A stretch of 57,306 nt of DNA, counting the filler, from Sphacelaria rigidula (lineage: Eukaryota): the NCBI GenBank assembly GCA_964200075.2. It is 7 parts of 7 records of this genome, joined end to end, with 100 filler letters (N's around TTAATTAATTAA, not from the genome) between each part and the next. Parts side by side here need not be neighbours in the genome. Positions count along the whole stretch, not along the records: positions 8,203 to 16,303 come from CAXNAA020012297.1; positions 16,404 to 24,504 come from CAXNAA020012298.1; 5 more parts are not named here. The stretch is one strand, 5' to 3'. The notes below the pieces were generated by a model that searched no databases, had not been told where the DNA came from, and saw nothing but the letters and a program-made list of their open reading frames with translations. Below, piece after piece: positions 12,484-24,604 of this stretch (the first letter of the stretch is position 1; each line of letters begins with the position of its first letter). Position numbers and translations under genes: made by a program.

Positions 12484-14853
12484 GTGCCCACCCTCTCTGA
12501 TGTTTCCGATGTTCACATCGACGTTGGCACCTCCCCCCCGTCGCCTGTTCCACCGCTTCCTGAGCCACCATGTCTGGTCGGCTCTCCGGCGGAAGGCCAA
12601 CTACACAAATGTTTCGCCAGTTACTCCCATCGTGGTTGGGCTCGGGAACAACAAGCAGAAACATCATGCCGCGCAACCATGTGGTACCTCCGTGCTGGCT
12701 GCCCTGCTCCTATCCCGGCCAATGTATTGGCCCCGATTGGCACACTGCCACCACCAGACGCCGCTGAGGTGTACGAACTCGCACGTAAGGGTACTATCGT
12801 TACAACTGATGACGGAATCGAATTGCTTGTCCGCCGTCCTACGCCCCAGCAGCGTGTAACTTCACCCGCGCCCACTGGACGCCATGCACGCCTACTCGAC
12901 GACGAACCCACTCGGATATATGTCTCATTTTTGATACGACCGTGGGTAATGAAAGACTGGCACACTGACCTGTCTTGCCACCTTGGTGTCACGCGCACAT
13001 TAGCGTTACCCGAACGTTTCTACTGGTGGATAGGCATAGAAGTGTCCACCCGCTTATGGATTCGGCGCTGCTTTAAGTGTCAAGCTCGCAAAACCTTACG
13101 ACAGACTATACGTTGGCTAGTTATTTCGATGGCACTTCCCAACGCTCCTGGTCACCTCGTGTCTTTCGACTATTTCGGTCCTTTACCGCCCACTGACCGT
13201 GGCAACACCTACATCTTACTTGATACCGACCGTTTCAGCCGTCACGCAGCCATGTACGCAGTCACCGCTGGAGACTTCACAGCAGCGGGCGCAGCTAATA
13301 ACTTAGTTCATGACTATATCAAGCACTATGGTTGCCCGAAACGGTTTCTCTCCGACAATGGTCAGCTGTTTTGCTCCGATCTCTCGGACGAACTGTATAC
13401 GCTCCCGGGCATTCGAAAGATAGCCACAAGCGCTGACCACCCTAATGGTAATGGTGGTACTGAAAGAGTTAACCACACCATGGCCCAGATGCTGTCTATG
13501 GTAGTCAACGAAATTTTCTACGATAGCCCCCCCCCAAAAGGTGCATGGTTTTAGGGCAAAATATTCACGTAAATCGAAATGGAAAAAGCCGAGCACAATG
13601 AACAGCTGGGAATTCCCACGCTTGGGTGCGTTCTAGCCAATGTCGCGTATATGAGGCGCTTCATGCAGCCTGAATCCAAACATCAGGCGCTGATGGCCAT
13701 TTTTTTCGTGACACTTTTGTGCTGGTTTTGGGGGGGGCTGTCGTAGAAAGTGTCCAACGATCGACAAAACGATTGGGATCTCCATCTCTCACATGTCATG
13801 TTGTCTTATAACAACTCCGTCAACGCTGCTACCGGTCTTTCTCCGAACGAGTTACATCTCGGTCATTAGCCGCGTTTGCCCATCACCGTGTTTGAGCGAC
13901 ACACCTTCGATGACCACCAAGGCTTGGATGAGGATCAGATATCCCACCATGACCTGGCGCGTGCACGCCAGCGCAAAACGTTCACTCTCGTGCGTGAACA
14001 ACACGCTATCAACGCCTCGCGTCTTGAGAGTTCTAATAATGATCTCTGCAACCTGATGTACAAACGACCTACTTGGAAGGTTGGCGATTGGGTCTGGATT
14101 TACAACAGTTTGTCAACCATTCGCCAAGGCGCCGACAGAGCTGCCAACGAGACAGTCTTGAAGACTAAGCTATCCCTCAACTGAACAGGACCGTTCAAGA
14201 TTCTGACTGTAGGGCCCTCGCCATCATCACCTGATGGCAAACCAATTTGCGACAAACTTCTTTATCTCGATCTCCCTCGCGATCTTCAAGGACATGACGC
14301 CAAGTCTCGCTTCTCTGTGCACCGTTGTAAACCTTACATCAATCCGCATGACACTAGAGACATGCCCAAATATCCGCCTGCCGATCTTACGCAGTACGTA
14401 CTCAACAGCTATTCGACCAAATCACCGCCTTATTATCACGTTACTACCGACGATGTGACGGAACAACCTCTTCGTCTCGCCGTGTCCCACATATCTGGTC
14501 ACCAAATCACCCGCGGTCGAGGCGGTAAGATTGCTGTCATGTACAAAACTTACTGGCAAGGCCTCCGGAGAGCGTCTTGGGAACGCGAATCCGACATTCA
14601 GCTGCACCGCCGAGCTATTCTCCTGTACTGGACACAACCTCAGCAGCACCATCTTGCTGACAACAAGAAATATCGCAACATGCGCCGCGGCGCAGCAGCA
14701 CGCGAACTTCACCGTGACAAAGGTTTGCGCTTTGTCGCCGATGGCTATGAATTGGTAGCCACCCAGCATTGGAAAGAAAAGATCCGCGCAAAACAGGAAA
14801 TCCTCCCTACAGGCGCCTACCTCTGGTACAAAGGCAGCGACAACCTCTCGTAG
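12484..14853 (+). pseudogene. Gypsy A integrase with chromodomain, split by a MITE at 13510-13754
   Basis: H..H/C..C zinc finger, FDYFGP, LSDNG, HPNGNGGTERVN; resumes as VVN|DRQNDWDLHL after the MITE; chromo-like VSHISGHQ...YKTYWQG...SWERESDI at ~14470-14605. Confidence 0.9.
13510..13754. mobile_element. MITE family M1 (TIR GACACTTTCTACGATAGCCCC), 4-bp TSD CAAC
   Basis: TIRs and TSD seen; removal restores the integrase frame; homologous to 52629-52877. Confidence 0.92.
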
Positions 14854-15769
14854 CTAGGCCAGACCCACTCCACAGACCTCATAGCGCCTGACACATACAT
14901 CGTGCGCTTCATCGATGATCCCGGACCCGTGCAGCTCAAGCTTCGCCCAGAGCTCTATACCACCAGTCCATCCGCACCACGAGGGTCTTGGTGTCTTCAG
15001 CGACTCAAATCCAAAGGCCTCCGCCGCGGAATCCAACATAATATCGATCGCACACATCATGTTAACGCACCGCTTTGAGCCCCCACAGACCTTCTGCTTC
15101 CCAATCCCGACATTTTTCTTTCCTCTTTAATTTCTTCCCCTGTCGTTTAGATATTTCCCCCTGTTTCCAACATCCAGGACACACCGGTGCCGCCCATCGA
15201 CTTCTTCCACAGCCTACAACCACGGACGACGAATGGAACTTGCGTGGAGCACGTTCATCCTCGCCTACTGGAGTGTTTCGTATTCTCGCTTTTGGCTTTT
15301 TATATGACTGGCACTGGACCCCTTATAGTCTTGGAGTTCCTCATTCCCTTGCTTCCTCAGCCACCATGCGCTCGCCGCATATGATTGACTTTTCGGCGGT
15401 TGACTTTGGTACCACCCACGTGACGTTGTGCCCCTCGTATGTTTTCTCTTTTGCCTCTTTTGTTTTTGGCTAGCACGTCGAAGCATTTTGTGTTCGTCTG
15501 TTTAGTTCGCTAGCCCGCAGCAGTATTGTGTGCTCCTGCGCCTTCAAGCGCACTTGCGTTTTCGGTAGCAGATTTCGCTTACCTTGTTTGAGGTGTGGGA
15601 GGATCGGGCAACGGAGTGGATGTTGCCCTCGTCGTCTGGGGTGTACCTTTTGTTCTAGCCACTTCGGCCGAGTGCTTTTATAGCATTGACTTCGCCTTCT
15701 TTGTCGCTCATGACTTGACGTGGAGAACCACCTCGATTTTTGTTGCTTTTCGAGATATCTCATCGCAAC

Positions 15770-16286
15770 TGTAATAGAGGTTCCTCTGGATGGGCGAGTT
15801 TCATGAAGCTAGGAGGCGTCTATGATCAAATCTGGGGTTCTATAGTTGCGGGTCTGATTGAGCTTGACTAGGTCGGATGTGAGACTGATGTAAAGGCACA
15901 GGCGTGGGTCCTTCAACCCTCTTGCGGTACTCGCCCGGGTGGAGCCGATTGTTAAGCCATCGCTATAGCCGGAGAGCAACTGAGAGAGCATTGAAAGGAG
16001 CGATAACGAACACGAATGAACAAGAAACTTTTGTATCAAGTGGGTATAGCTTACTGCGTGAAGCTATGGTGGTGTTGGCTTATTTGGACACGTCTATAGC
16101 CCGATCCCTTGTGAGGACAGAGCTGCCCGTGTTGGCCTTGGAAGTATCTGACCTCTGACCCGACCGGCTGCACCAAGAGGGTGCATCCCGCCTAACACTT
16201 TAACACCCATAGGCTGTACCAATGGTCGAATATCGACATGGCGGAATGGTCTGTTCCGGAAGAGCAATCTATCCTATCATGATACA
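15770..16286. mobile_element. Putative LTR (probably solo), TGTAAT...TGATACA
   Basis: TG...CA ends with short inverted repeat; flanks GCAAC/ACAAC; no polypurine tract upstream. Confidence 0.5.
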
Positions 16287-16303
16287 ACAACAAATTGTGC
16301 GAA

Positions 16304-16403
16304 NNNNNNNNNNNNNNNNNNNNNNNNNNNNNNNNNNNNNNNNNNNNTTAATTAATTAANNNNNNNNNNNNNNNNNNNNNNNNNNNNNNNNNNNNNNNNN
16401 NNN
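16304..16403. other. Artificial contig linker
   Basis: Same N44-TTAATTAATTAA-N44 pattern. Confidence 0.98.
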
Positions 16404-16876
16404 GGGGGCCCCCCCCCACAAAGCCGGGCCGGAGCCCGCGGGGTCCCCGCCGGCCGGGGGGGGGGGGGGGGGGGGCTGGTACTGGCTGGACATTGTACGG
16501 CACTTTGGCCGGGGCGCTGCTGATAATATCAATGACCCTGCCGAGCCTGACTGGCGCCTCAACCTCCCTTTGGGGTGCAGGAATGCGACGACGTGCAACG
16601 TACGGAAGAGAAAAAACACAGATACGAGTCCTTCACCTCTCGGATGGAACTTCTGTTGAGTGCTCCGCCTCAAGTAGACTGTACAAGCCTCCAGAAACAA
16701 CGGCGGGGAATCCGTACTTTGCCCAAATATCGGCCGAGTGGAGGGCAAGTGGAGGGGTATGGCTCCTGAGAGAAAGTTGATTCATTGACCTCCAGCATCA
16801 TTTCGAAACAGTATCGTCGGCTGACAGCCCGAGGGCTTCCAAATTTAAGGAGTGAGGCGGGTGGATTCCTTAATCG

Positions 16877-16940
16877 TCACACGACTTTCCTCAGATCATA
16901 AACCGTGCGCTTTTCCAGGAAATTTTCAGGTCGAGCAGAC
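16877..16940 (-). CDS. Predicted last coding exon of the small MGNC protein (SARPENFLEKRTVYDLRKVV*)
   Basis: Pyrimidine tract + CAG acceptor at 16941; phase matches the micro-exon; TGA at 16877-16879. Confidence 0.5.
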
Positions 16941-17110
16941 CTGAAGGGGGGTGGGGTGACCATTTTGATAGTTCTCATTGGTGGAATGACCTGTTTTCCC
17001 CCACAGACCCTCCAACTTCGCCTGCCTGGAGGTCAAGTTGAATCTGAGCAAGGATCACTCAGCCATAGGAGCACACAAGAGGGGAGTTGTTTTTTTGCTC
17101 TATACGCAGT

Positions 17111-17387
17111 TTGCTCTGTACTTTCCTCCTTTTTTTTCCCATTCTTTTGTTTTAGGTCAGCCATTTTTTTCTGTGCTTTGCTTGTGTTAACTTTTTCATT
17201 ACCTCTTTTTTTTTGTCACGACTTAGTACGCTATACCGTTCTGTCCCACCCTCTTTTTTTTCTGTTCCTTCTTTTTCTCAGAGCGTGTTTCAGTTCCGTT
17301 TTTCTTGGGTACGTCTATCATGAGACCACGCCTGGACCCCTGGGGGGTCAGTTAAAGTGCGACAATCAATCAATCAATCAATCAATC
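17111..17387 (+). mobile_element. 5'-truncated non-LTR retroposon 3' end with GACCCC/GGGGTC hairpin and (AATC)n tail; TSD ACGCAGT
   Basis: ACGCAGT at 17104-17110 and 17388-17394; T-rich body; same 3' end inside 30298-30473. Confidence 0.8.
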
Positions 17388-17763
17388 ACGCAGTCTTCCA
17401 TCAGCCTGCTCCCTCGTGTGTTGTCAAGAGGTGACCACTGTTGTCGTACAAAACTGCGCTGAGATCGGGACAGCGTATACTGTACTGTGTGCAGTGGAGA
17501 GCAAGGGCACTGTTGTGAACCGTCCGTGTCCTGCTATATTCAGCTCCAGATGAAAAACAATTCAGTCTGTACGGCACACCCAGCAGCATGGCACCGTAGA
17601 CTAACGATGGGATGATGTGACATGCCGTGCGATATCTAAACATGCAGGAGATGCGCCAGCAACGCCTTGAAAGCACCAGTACCTCTAAACGCAAAGCCCA
17701 AAAACTACTTTTTGCGGATGATGGCGTGCACCGCCTAACTAGCCCAACAACACGCGAACGCAC

Positions 17764-17771
17764 GTAACCTC
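17764..17771 (-). CDS. Predicted 8-nt micro-exon GAGGTTAC
   Basis: TTGTTGCTGTTGTTTTAAG acceptor and GTGCGT donor; bridges phase 0 to phase 2. Confidence 0.45.
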
Positions 17772-18296
17772 CTTAAAACAACAGCAACAAAAAATCAGGG
17801 CAGCTGCGTCAGAGGTTATCTTGCGCTCATTTGTACAAAAGCTATACGCCCCACCTTTTCATACGAATGGGCGTGCCGTGCCGCATGAAAAACGGCGGTT
17901 CAGAACCCGACATTTCCGCCATGGCCGATTTTACGCGATCCGTATGGGGTTCGCGGGCAAACATGCAACGGGCTAAAGGTATGATCCCCTTGCTCGAGTT
18001 AATTTGTCTGTGTATCGGCTTGGGTCCGTGCGCCTTGCACTCCGGAGTATCATGTAGCCATGACGAGTGGTGCCTCTAGCGGGATTAGTGAAGATACGAA
18101 ATGAATCAGTCAACCCAGCAAGCAACAACGAAAGTAGGCGACCGACAGCTGTGCCACGATGGTACAAAAGCCAAACAGGGCAGTAGCAGCAGCCGCAGCA
18201 GCAGCGGGACCAGCGGGTTCGCTCTCGACGCTATCATCTTCCTTGCGGAGTACCACGACAACCACCACCAAGCAACAACAACACCCCACCGGTAGC

Positions 18297-18637
18297 GAGG
18301 CGACCTGAAGTTTTGGTCGTATATCTGTGGTTGATTTTTTCGAACAAACTAACAATAACGCCAACCCTTACCCCGACCCTAATCCTGACCCAAGGCGTAC
18401 GAGACCCCCGGGCAAGGGAGGGTGCACAGGTTCCCCTAGGCAAAGTGTGCGTTGACAGACCTTGAACCGACGCCGCAGGCAGGCGCCGAGTTTTCGACCA
18501 AAACACTTTCTGGACGAGCTGGGTCCACTGCTCTCACCTGCTCCAAACCATAAAATTTCTCAGAACTTTCTCAAGTCCAAAAATCAAGTAGTCATGTTGT
18601 CAACCATAGATGTACGACCAGAGCTTTAGGTCTACTG
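18297..18637 (+). mobile_element. Non-autonomous element family Z (asymmetric ends, subterminal inverted repeat, 8-bp TSD, AACCCT-like repeats)
   Basis: 5'-GAGGC-GACCT...AGGTC-TACTG-3'; TSD CCGGTAGC/CCGATAGC; homologous to 22599-22934. Confidence 0.8.
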
Positions 18638-18687
18638 CCGATAGCAACCCTTGCTACGTGCGCGTGTAAGTACAGACAGTACCACAC

Positions 18688-18837
18688 CTTGACCTTTGTC
18701 TTGTCGGCCTCAAGCACGGCAGACAGCTCGCTCCTCTTCTTCTGCTCCAGCTCCGTCGGCGGCAAGCCTCGCAATGCGTTTGCCAGGTGCTCGTTGGGAT
18801 CGTGAGCCTCCTTACTTCCCCCGCTGCAGTTCCCCAT
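18688..18837 (-). CDS. First coding exon of a small protein with predicted N-myristoylation/palmitoylation (MGNCSGGSKE...KTKVK)
   Basis: ATG at 18837, 50 codons, AAG|GTGTGG donor; MG-x-C start. Confidence 0.7.
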
Positions 18838-19619
18838 GATGATCCTCGTGTTGTTCGGTCCGCGCTGCCGTTGCACTCGATCCTGCACTACCGATAGCGC
18901 CCGCGATTTCGTCGGCGTTGGTGCTCTCGAGTTCTCGCTCTCTTTCTTACTTGCAGCGGGACGCCAGAAATAACCGCGGAAGATCGTCGAAAGCTTCTCT
19001 TGAACAAGGGTATAAGCTGTCGCGATCGCAGACCAAGAGCCCATGTGACGACGTGTGAGCTGTGATGCAGATTTCGTTGAGCAGCAGCGGCGCCAGTTTG
19101 TTCGGGAAACGTTCTTCTCTATTTTTCCTACAAGACATTTGTAGTTTTCATGGTTTGAGGACACTGCGGTTCATTTTCAATGATATGACGGCTCGTCAAA
19201 TTATTATTTTTTCCATCATTATTTACCGACTGTAGTGCTACATCCAGTTGAAGCAGTAATTTTCCACAGTATCAATCAAACTTATGAAGGCCAGAGAAGA
19301 AACCATCGCGGGAAGAGGGATGATCACAACCAACACGGACAGCTGGCGCAACAGGCATGGACAGGCGGTGGAGTAATCATCGCGGCAAAGGGCGTTCGTC
19401 ACTGCGCGGATTCCAAGCGGTTGCTACTGGAAACCTGCCCTGCCCCGCCTTGGGAGCTAATTGCTGAATTAGTGCTGTGTTATCAGAGCTGCCGACGCCC
19501 CTCTGTGCACACGGGTACTGTACTGCTGAAATGTGTCTGGCGTGGAACTAGACCTATACAGCACATATCACGTATCTCTATAAAAATTAGATAGTAAACA
19601 ACGTCATAAGAGCCCAGCG

Positions 19620-20080
19620 ACGTGGAGGTTGTTCGACCACCGAAATATTCAGGGTTGTGTTATGCAGGGTGTACGGGATACCCGGGAGGGTATGAGATTT
19701 CTCATGGAAGTTACAGAACTCTCGGGTGCCGCCACGGAATTCTCACAGAACTTACAGAACCTCTCGAGTACGGTACGGAGATGGCTCGAAACCTTTCCCC
19801 GCGACCGGGTATTCCTGTAAGGGTATACCCCTACCTTGGGGGGGGGGGGGGGGCGGGACATATTCAACAAAACTGTCGGGACCGAGACGGGGGGGCTTAA
19901 AAAAACCACAGAACGGGGGGAACGGGNNNNNNNNNNCCCCCCCCGGAGCGGTTTTTTGCTGGAAGAGTACCCCCCTGCGGGGGGGGGGGGGGGGGGACGT
20001 ACATATCTCACAAAACTGTCTGGTACCAGTACGAGAGGCTTACATAACCCACAGAACGGTCGGATACGGGCCTTCGTCTT
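19620..20080. repeat. Dispersed repeat with iterated ACAGAAC / GGGTAC motifs
   Basis: Repeated TTACAGAACTCTCGGGT-like units; contains a 10-N gap; boundaries approximate. Confidence 0.5.
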
Positions 20081-20690
20081 GAGTGACCGAAAGGTGTAGA
20101 CTAGCGCCCAGAATAGATGGGATGACAACACACATACACACGGCAGTCTTTGTTAGACGAAAATCTGTTCTGTATCGAAGAAATTGGGGCCGCGTGCGTG
20201 TCAAAGTGCAACCGAAAACGTTTCGGGGTCTAACCCGTATCCCTCTCTCTATATGCGTGACGACCAGTACCGCATCCGTTGCTTGAAACGACCATCGATG
20301 ATGCGACAACCGTCCGTTGGTGGCGGAAGAGCCTAGCTTGATCCTGACACCAGCCCCGAGATCGCAACAGTACAACAGTGTTCCACAACCCACCGGATCA
20401 CGAAAGACTGACGCGCTGTGAGTTGTGACTCCAGTTATTGTGTCGATGCGGAGAGACTAGGGAACCATTTCCGGGGAGAAAGGAGCGTGGTAAGTTGTGG
20501 CGTCCGTGAACGGCAAATGAGCGGGAAAAGAGCCGACTGTGTGGGCACCGTGGTTGGAGTTGGCGTGTGAACTCCCTTGCGCGCGATGTGCGGCATCAGG
20601 TACCGTGTAGAGAGCAATGGACTAGCACAGGTACGTTCTCGGCCGATCGGTGGCTCAGATAAGGTACGATTGAAAGATGATCCCTAGATC

Positions 20691-20948
20691 AGGTATACCT
20701 GGGCGAAATTTGGCCTGCAAAAGGTCACTGATTTCTGGAGGCTAAACGTCCGTTTTCGCGTGGCTATCTCTCTCGAGTAACATGTTTTTCTTCCATTTTT
20801 TTTCGAGGCTCGGGTGCCAATGCCCCCCCCCGAATAATGTGCGTGAAAAACTCGGAGCGAAAACGGTCAAAATGGCGTGTGTAGCTGCTTTCGCGGTACT
20901 GGCCATTTTTCGTACCCTTCTTGGGGCAAAAAACTAGAAGGTATGCCT
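20691..20948. mobile_element. Putative Mutator-like MITE
   Basis: TIR AGGTATACCT/AGGTATGCCT; 10-bp flanks TCCCTAGATC/TCTCTAGACC (2 mismatches). Confidence 0.55.
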
Positions 20949-21521
20949 TCTCTAGACCATTGAACTAAAATATTTATATCCACAGTACCGTGCAACATTT
21001 AGGTGCTTAGTGCGGTAGAGTACACAGACAGTCTAGCTGATGACGATGTAAACTTGACGGCCCGAACAACGGTAATCAGTAGAGTACGGCAGATGCAGGG
21101 ATACGGTAGTATTTTTGTACAGTATATTGTCTGTACTACGGTACAAGCACAGGCGGTACATTTTAAAGTACGCAGTACAGTCATCTGTAGGCGGGTCTGA
21201 AGGCAGGCTCGCATTTCGCGGCAGTGGTGCGGTCGGTGTAATGCTTTCATCTCATCACATGTGCAGCTGTGCTCAAGCGTTCGAATTGAAAGAAACTGGT
21301 TCAGGGTCCATCGGTGTCTGTACCTTTTCTGCTGGTGGTACAAGACATATGAAAGGTACTGGGTGGATCCTTATTCCCCCCCCTGGGTGCCATTAGAATT
21401 TGTGGGTACCGCCGATATGACGTCACTCATCTCATTGATGGCCACTGTACGCTCATGTATTCAATATAGTCTGTGAAGTGACGTCACGAAGTCGACGACG
21501 GCCACGGTTACTCATCATATT

Positions 21522-22062
21522 CAAGTGATACTCTACACCCAAGTATTGCTGAGAGTGCTCACCCACTATTTGAGCAGAGTATTTGAGGTCGTACTCAGTC
21601 TACCAAAAATTTGAGTAAAATATTTGAGGTCATACTCAATTTACCAAAATTTGGGTAGTATTGAGGTCATACCCAAGTGATCCTCTATACTCAAGTAATA
21701 CGGAGAGTACGTACCCAATATTTGGATAGCGTACTTGAGATCGTACTCAATCTACCTAAAATTAGACGAGAGTATTTGAGGTCATACTCAATCTACCCAA
21801 AATTGAGGTCATACCCAAGTGATACTCTATACCCAGGTATAGCTAAGAGTGCTTACCCAGTATTTTGGTAGAGTATTTGAGGTCGTACTCAATCTATCCA
21901 GAAATTGAGTAGAGTATGTGAGGCCGTACCCAATCTAGCCAAAAAATGAGTCTCAGAGAGTACTGAGGCCGTACTTAATTTACCCAAACGTTGTGTAGAG
22001 TAAATACCCGGGTATTTTACCCGAGTATTTTAAAGTACATGCCCTACTCGAGCTGCCCTTCA
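21522..22062 (-). repeat. Second copy of the ~40-bp minisatellite-bearing element
   Basis: Multiple GAGTATTTGAGGTCGTACTCAATCTACCCAAAATT units; terminus matches 7545-7640 in reverse. Confidence 0.75.
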
Positions 22063-22598
22063 ACACTTGTCTAACATTTTAGATGTGATGTATCTCATCA
22101 TGTATCATACAGGTCAGATATCATGATACATCGTATATATGTGACGTATTATACAAAGTTCCCCTTCGGGAGGTTGGTACGGGCCTCCCGGGGGTGACGC
22201 AAGTCGAAAATATTTGGTGAAGAGAGCCTGTTGTATCTCAATGTATAGTAGTGATCGTGGCTGTACAAAACATCGCATGTGTTATCGGATGGTGGCTCCG
22301 GGTAAGGTTCACCAACTTGAGTAACACGGATGTGAAGGTTGTACAGTTGTTGGGCGGAAATAATTTCGACATGTGTGGCACATGCGTATGGATGCGACAT
22401 GACCTGAAGGTAATGTTGAACGCTATTGCACGTTCGATCGGAGTAGGAGATGTATGGTATTCCCGAGGTGCCAGAGTGCGAGGTAGCTCTCGTGCCACAA
22501 AGACATGACAGCGGGAGGCACTTCCTGAAAAAATGGAATGCGTGGAACATTCTTGGCATGTTCTTTGTTACTTGGCAGGCTCGCGGATATGTTCTTTC

Positions 22599-22934
22599 GA
22601 GGCGACCTGACGAACTGTACGAAAACAATGGTTGGTACAATGGAGATGCCGCCAATTCTAACGCTAACCTTAACCCTAACCCCGACCAAGTCATACCGAC
22701 AACCCTCGGGCAAGGGGGTGCAGAGTATCCCCTGAGCAAAGTGTGCTGTGCCAGAGCTCAAATCGACGCCTGTGAGCCGATTTTGGACGAAAACACGTTC
22801 TGGACGAGCTGGGTCTAATGCTCACCACTGCTCACCTGCCCCAGACCATCAATTTTCTCAGAACTTTGTTCAGTCTGAAATCTAGTAAAATCGAGTACCA
22901 ACCATTGTTTACGTACAGTTCATAAGGTCTATTG
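22599..22934 (+). mobile_element. Family Z element with perfect 8-bp TSD GTTCTTTC
   Basis: 5'-GAGGCGACCT...AGGTCTATTG-3'; TSD at 22591-22598 and 22935-22942; AACCCT-like repeats. Confidence 0.85.
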
Positions 22935-22955
22935 GTTCTTTCAGTGCTTCGCTTT

Positions 22956-23269
22956 CAGTAGAGTTTACCACTTGGGATGGTGAGACATTTCTCAGATAGT
23001 TCGACTTGATTTTAGTGTGAACAGCGAAAATCCGGATCTTTAATGAGGCTATGCCCCAAGCGTGCTCCTAGCTTACGCAGAACGCATTTTGGTCGAAATC
23101 GGCGCCTGGGGCGCCGATTTAGGTCTGGCAACGCACCCTGTACCTATGTAACACTCTCCACCCCCTCGCCCGAGGGTTCTCGGTGTGCCTTCGTTGGGGC
23201 TAGGGTTAGGGTTAGGGTTGGTGGCAACTCCATACTACCGACCATTGTTTACGAGCAATGGGTCGTCCC
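22956..23269 (-). mobile_element. Diverged family Z copy
   Basis: AGGGTTAGGGTTAGGGTT plus ACCATTGTTTACG subterminal motif; left end uncertain. Confidence 0.6.
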
Positions 23270-23483
23270 GTCCTCGTTGTGAACCTCGCATGTGGCACAG
23301 TCCATGTGAGTCCATCTGGGATGGGGTTCGCGGTCTATGAGGGTTAAAGGGGGGGGGGGGGGGGGGGAGAATATATATGGACAGAAGCCCGAAGAGAGGG
23401 GATAAAGAGGGGAGGGGTTTATTTGTAATNNNNNNNNNNCCTGTTTCGTCTCGCGGGGGGGGCCGTGTTTGTGTTGGGGGGGT

Positions 23484-23533
<50 letters not shown>

Positions 23534-24504
23534 ATATGATATCTGTAGATAGCCCTCCGAAACGCATTTAATAAGTCATGAAGTTGATATTTTATATTTG
23601 TACGTCAAGTTCTCACGCCTGGCATTTTTCCATAAATCACTATGAATGTGATATATTTTTTGAGGGTATAATGTAGGGTATATGTACATGTATCATTTCA
23701 CATTTTTCACCACTTTTGCCGAGTTTTCTCTGGCGACAACGCATTTTTACCGCGCTTTCTTTTGCAGCGCACTAAGAAGGCTCAGCGGTGCATAACCCTT
23801 CAGGTTTGGGTGCCATCTGATACCTATGGCGCGTGTTCTGGCTACCGAAAGACGCTCACATTGGTCCTTTTTCACGGGGTGTCGATCCCGAGCCACAAAA
23901 GCCTGTTGAATATCATGGAAACACTTGAAACATGATCACTTTTGGCGGGGTAATTTTTCCCCGTGTTTCTCTTTTTCGCGTTCTCGTTCATTTGGGAGCA
24001 CGAACACACCGGTCATGCCGCCAATGTCACGAGAACATGAGAGCAAAGCAGTTGAAAACAGTTGAACGTTGCCGTGGCCTTAGTCACCAGCAAACACAAG
24101 ACCGTGCAATGGGCCGTTGGCGACTTGAACAAGGCACAGCAGCACGGCAGCACAGGAAAGTTCTGCCGCAAAAAGAATCACCCTGTTTAAAAAAAAGGCC
24201 CGGTGATGTGGAAGCCACGGTGATGTGCAATCGTCTCAGACAAGAACCACCACTCTCATGTCTAGAGGGATGAAAGACTTTCATGTCCAGCAAAAAACGA
24301 CAGCACTGCAGGAATATCCCCGTTAAACAAAATGTCCCGGTGAAAAAAAAGAACGATGGAAAAGACCCGGTGAAAAGTTCGGCTGGCTTTTGAAAAAAAA
24401 ACCAACTGTCATGTGCAGAGGAAAAGCGAATGGTAGGATTTCGAAGAAATCTGAGGTTTGTGTTTGGCGGATGACGAATTATAGGATGAGGCCACGGAGG
24501 GGTG

Positions 24505-24604
24505 NNNNNNNNNNNNNNNNNNNNNNNNNNNNNNNNNNNNNNNNNNNNTTAATTAATTAANNNNNNNNNNNNNNNNNNNNNNNNNNNNNNNNNNNNNNNN
24601 NNNN
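24505..24604. other. Artificial contig linker
   Basis: Same pattern. Confidence 0.98.

Larger units (their letters stand above)
8277..15050 (+). mobile_element. Decayed Ty3/Gypsy retrotransposon A with C-terminal chromodomain (5' end off contig)
   Basis: Domain order PR-RT-RH-IN-chromo across several broken ORFs. Confidence 0.95.

Noticed and set aside
15770-16286. 3' LTR of Gypsy A
   Set aside because: No polypurine tract precedes it and no partner LTR is available; kept only as a putative solo LTR.
21522-22062. CRISPR-like array
   Set aside because: Units are contiguous degenerate tandem repeats with no unique spacers and no cas genes; the context is eukaryotic.
22607-22625. Hammerhead-like CTGACGA...GAAA (also near 33687-33708 on minus and 46014)
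   Set aside because: Stem II is poor or stems I/III and the NUH cleavage site cannot be formed.
23200-23220. Telomere or telomere-addition site (TTAGGG repeats)
   Set aside because: Only about three units, internal to family Z elements.
23340-23535. Long G/C runs as functional G-quadruplex or poly-Pro/Gly coding (also 16404-16480, 19840-20000, 41225-41380)
   Set aside because: They flank N gaps and look like low-quality sequence.
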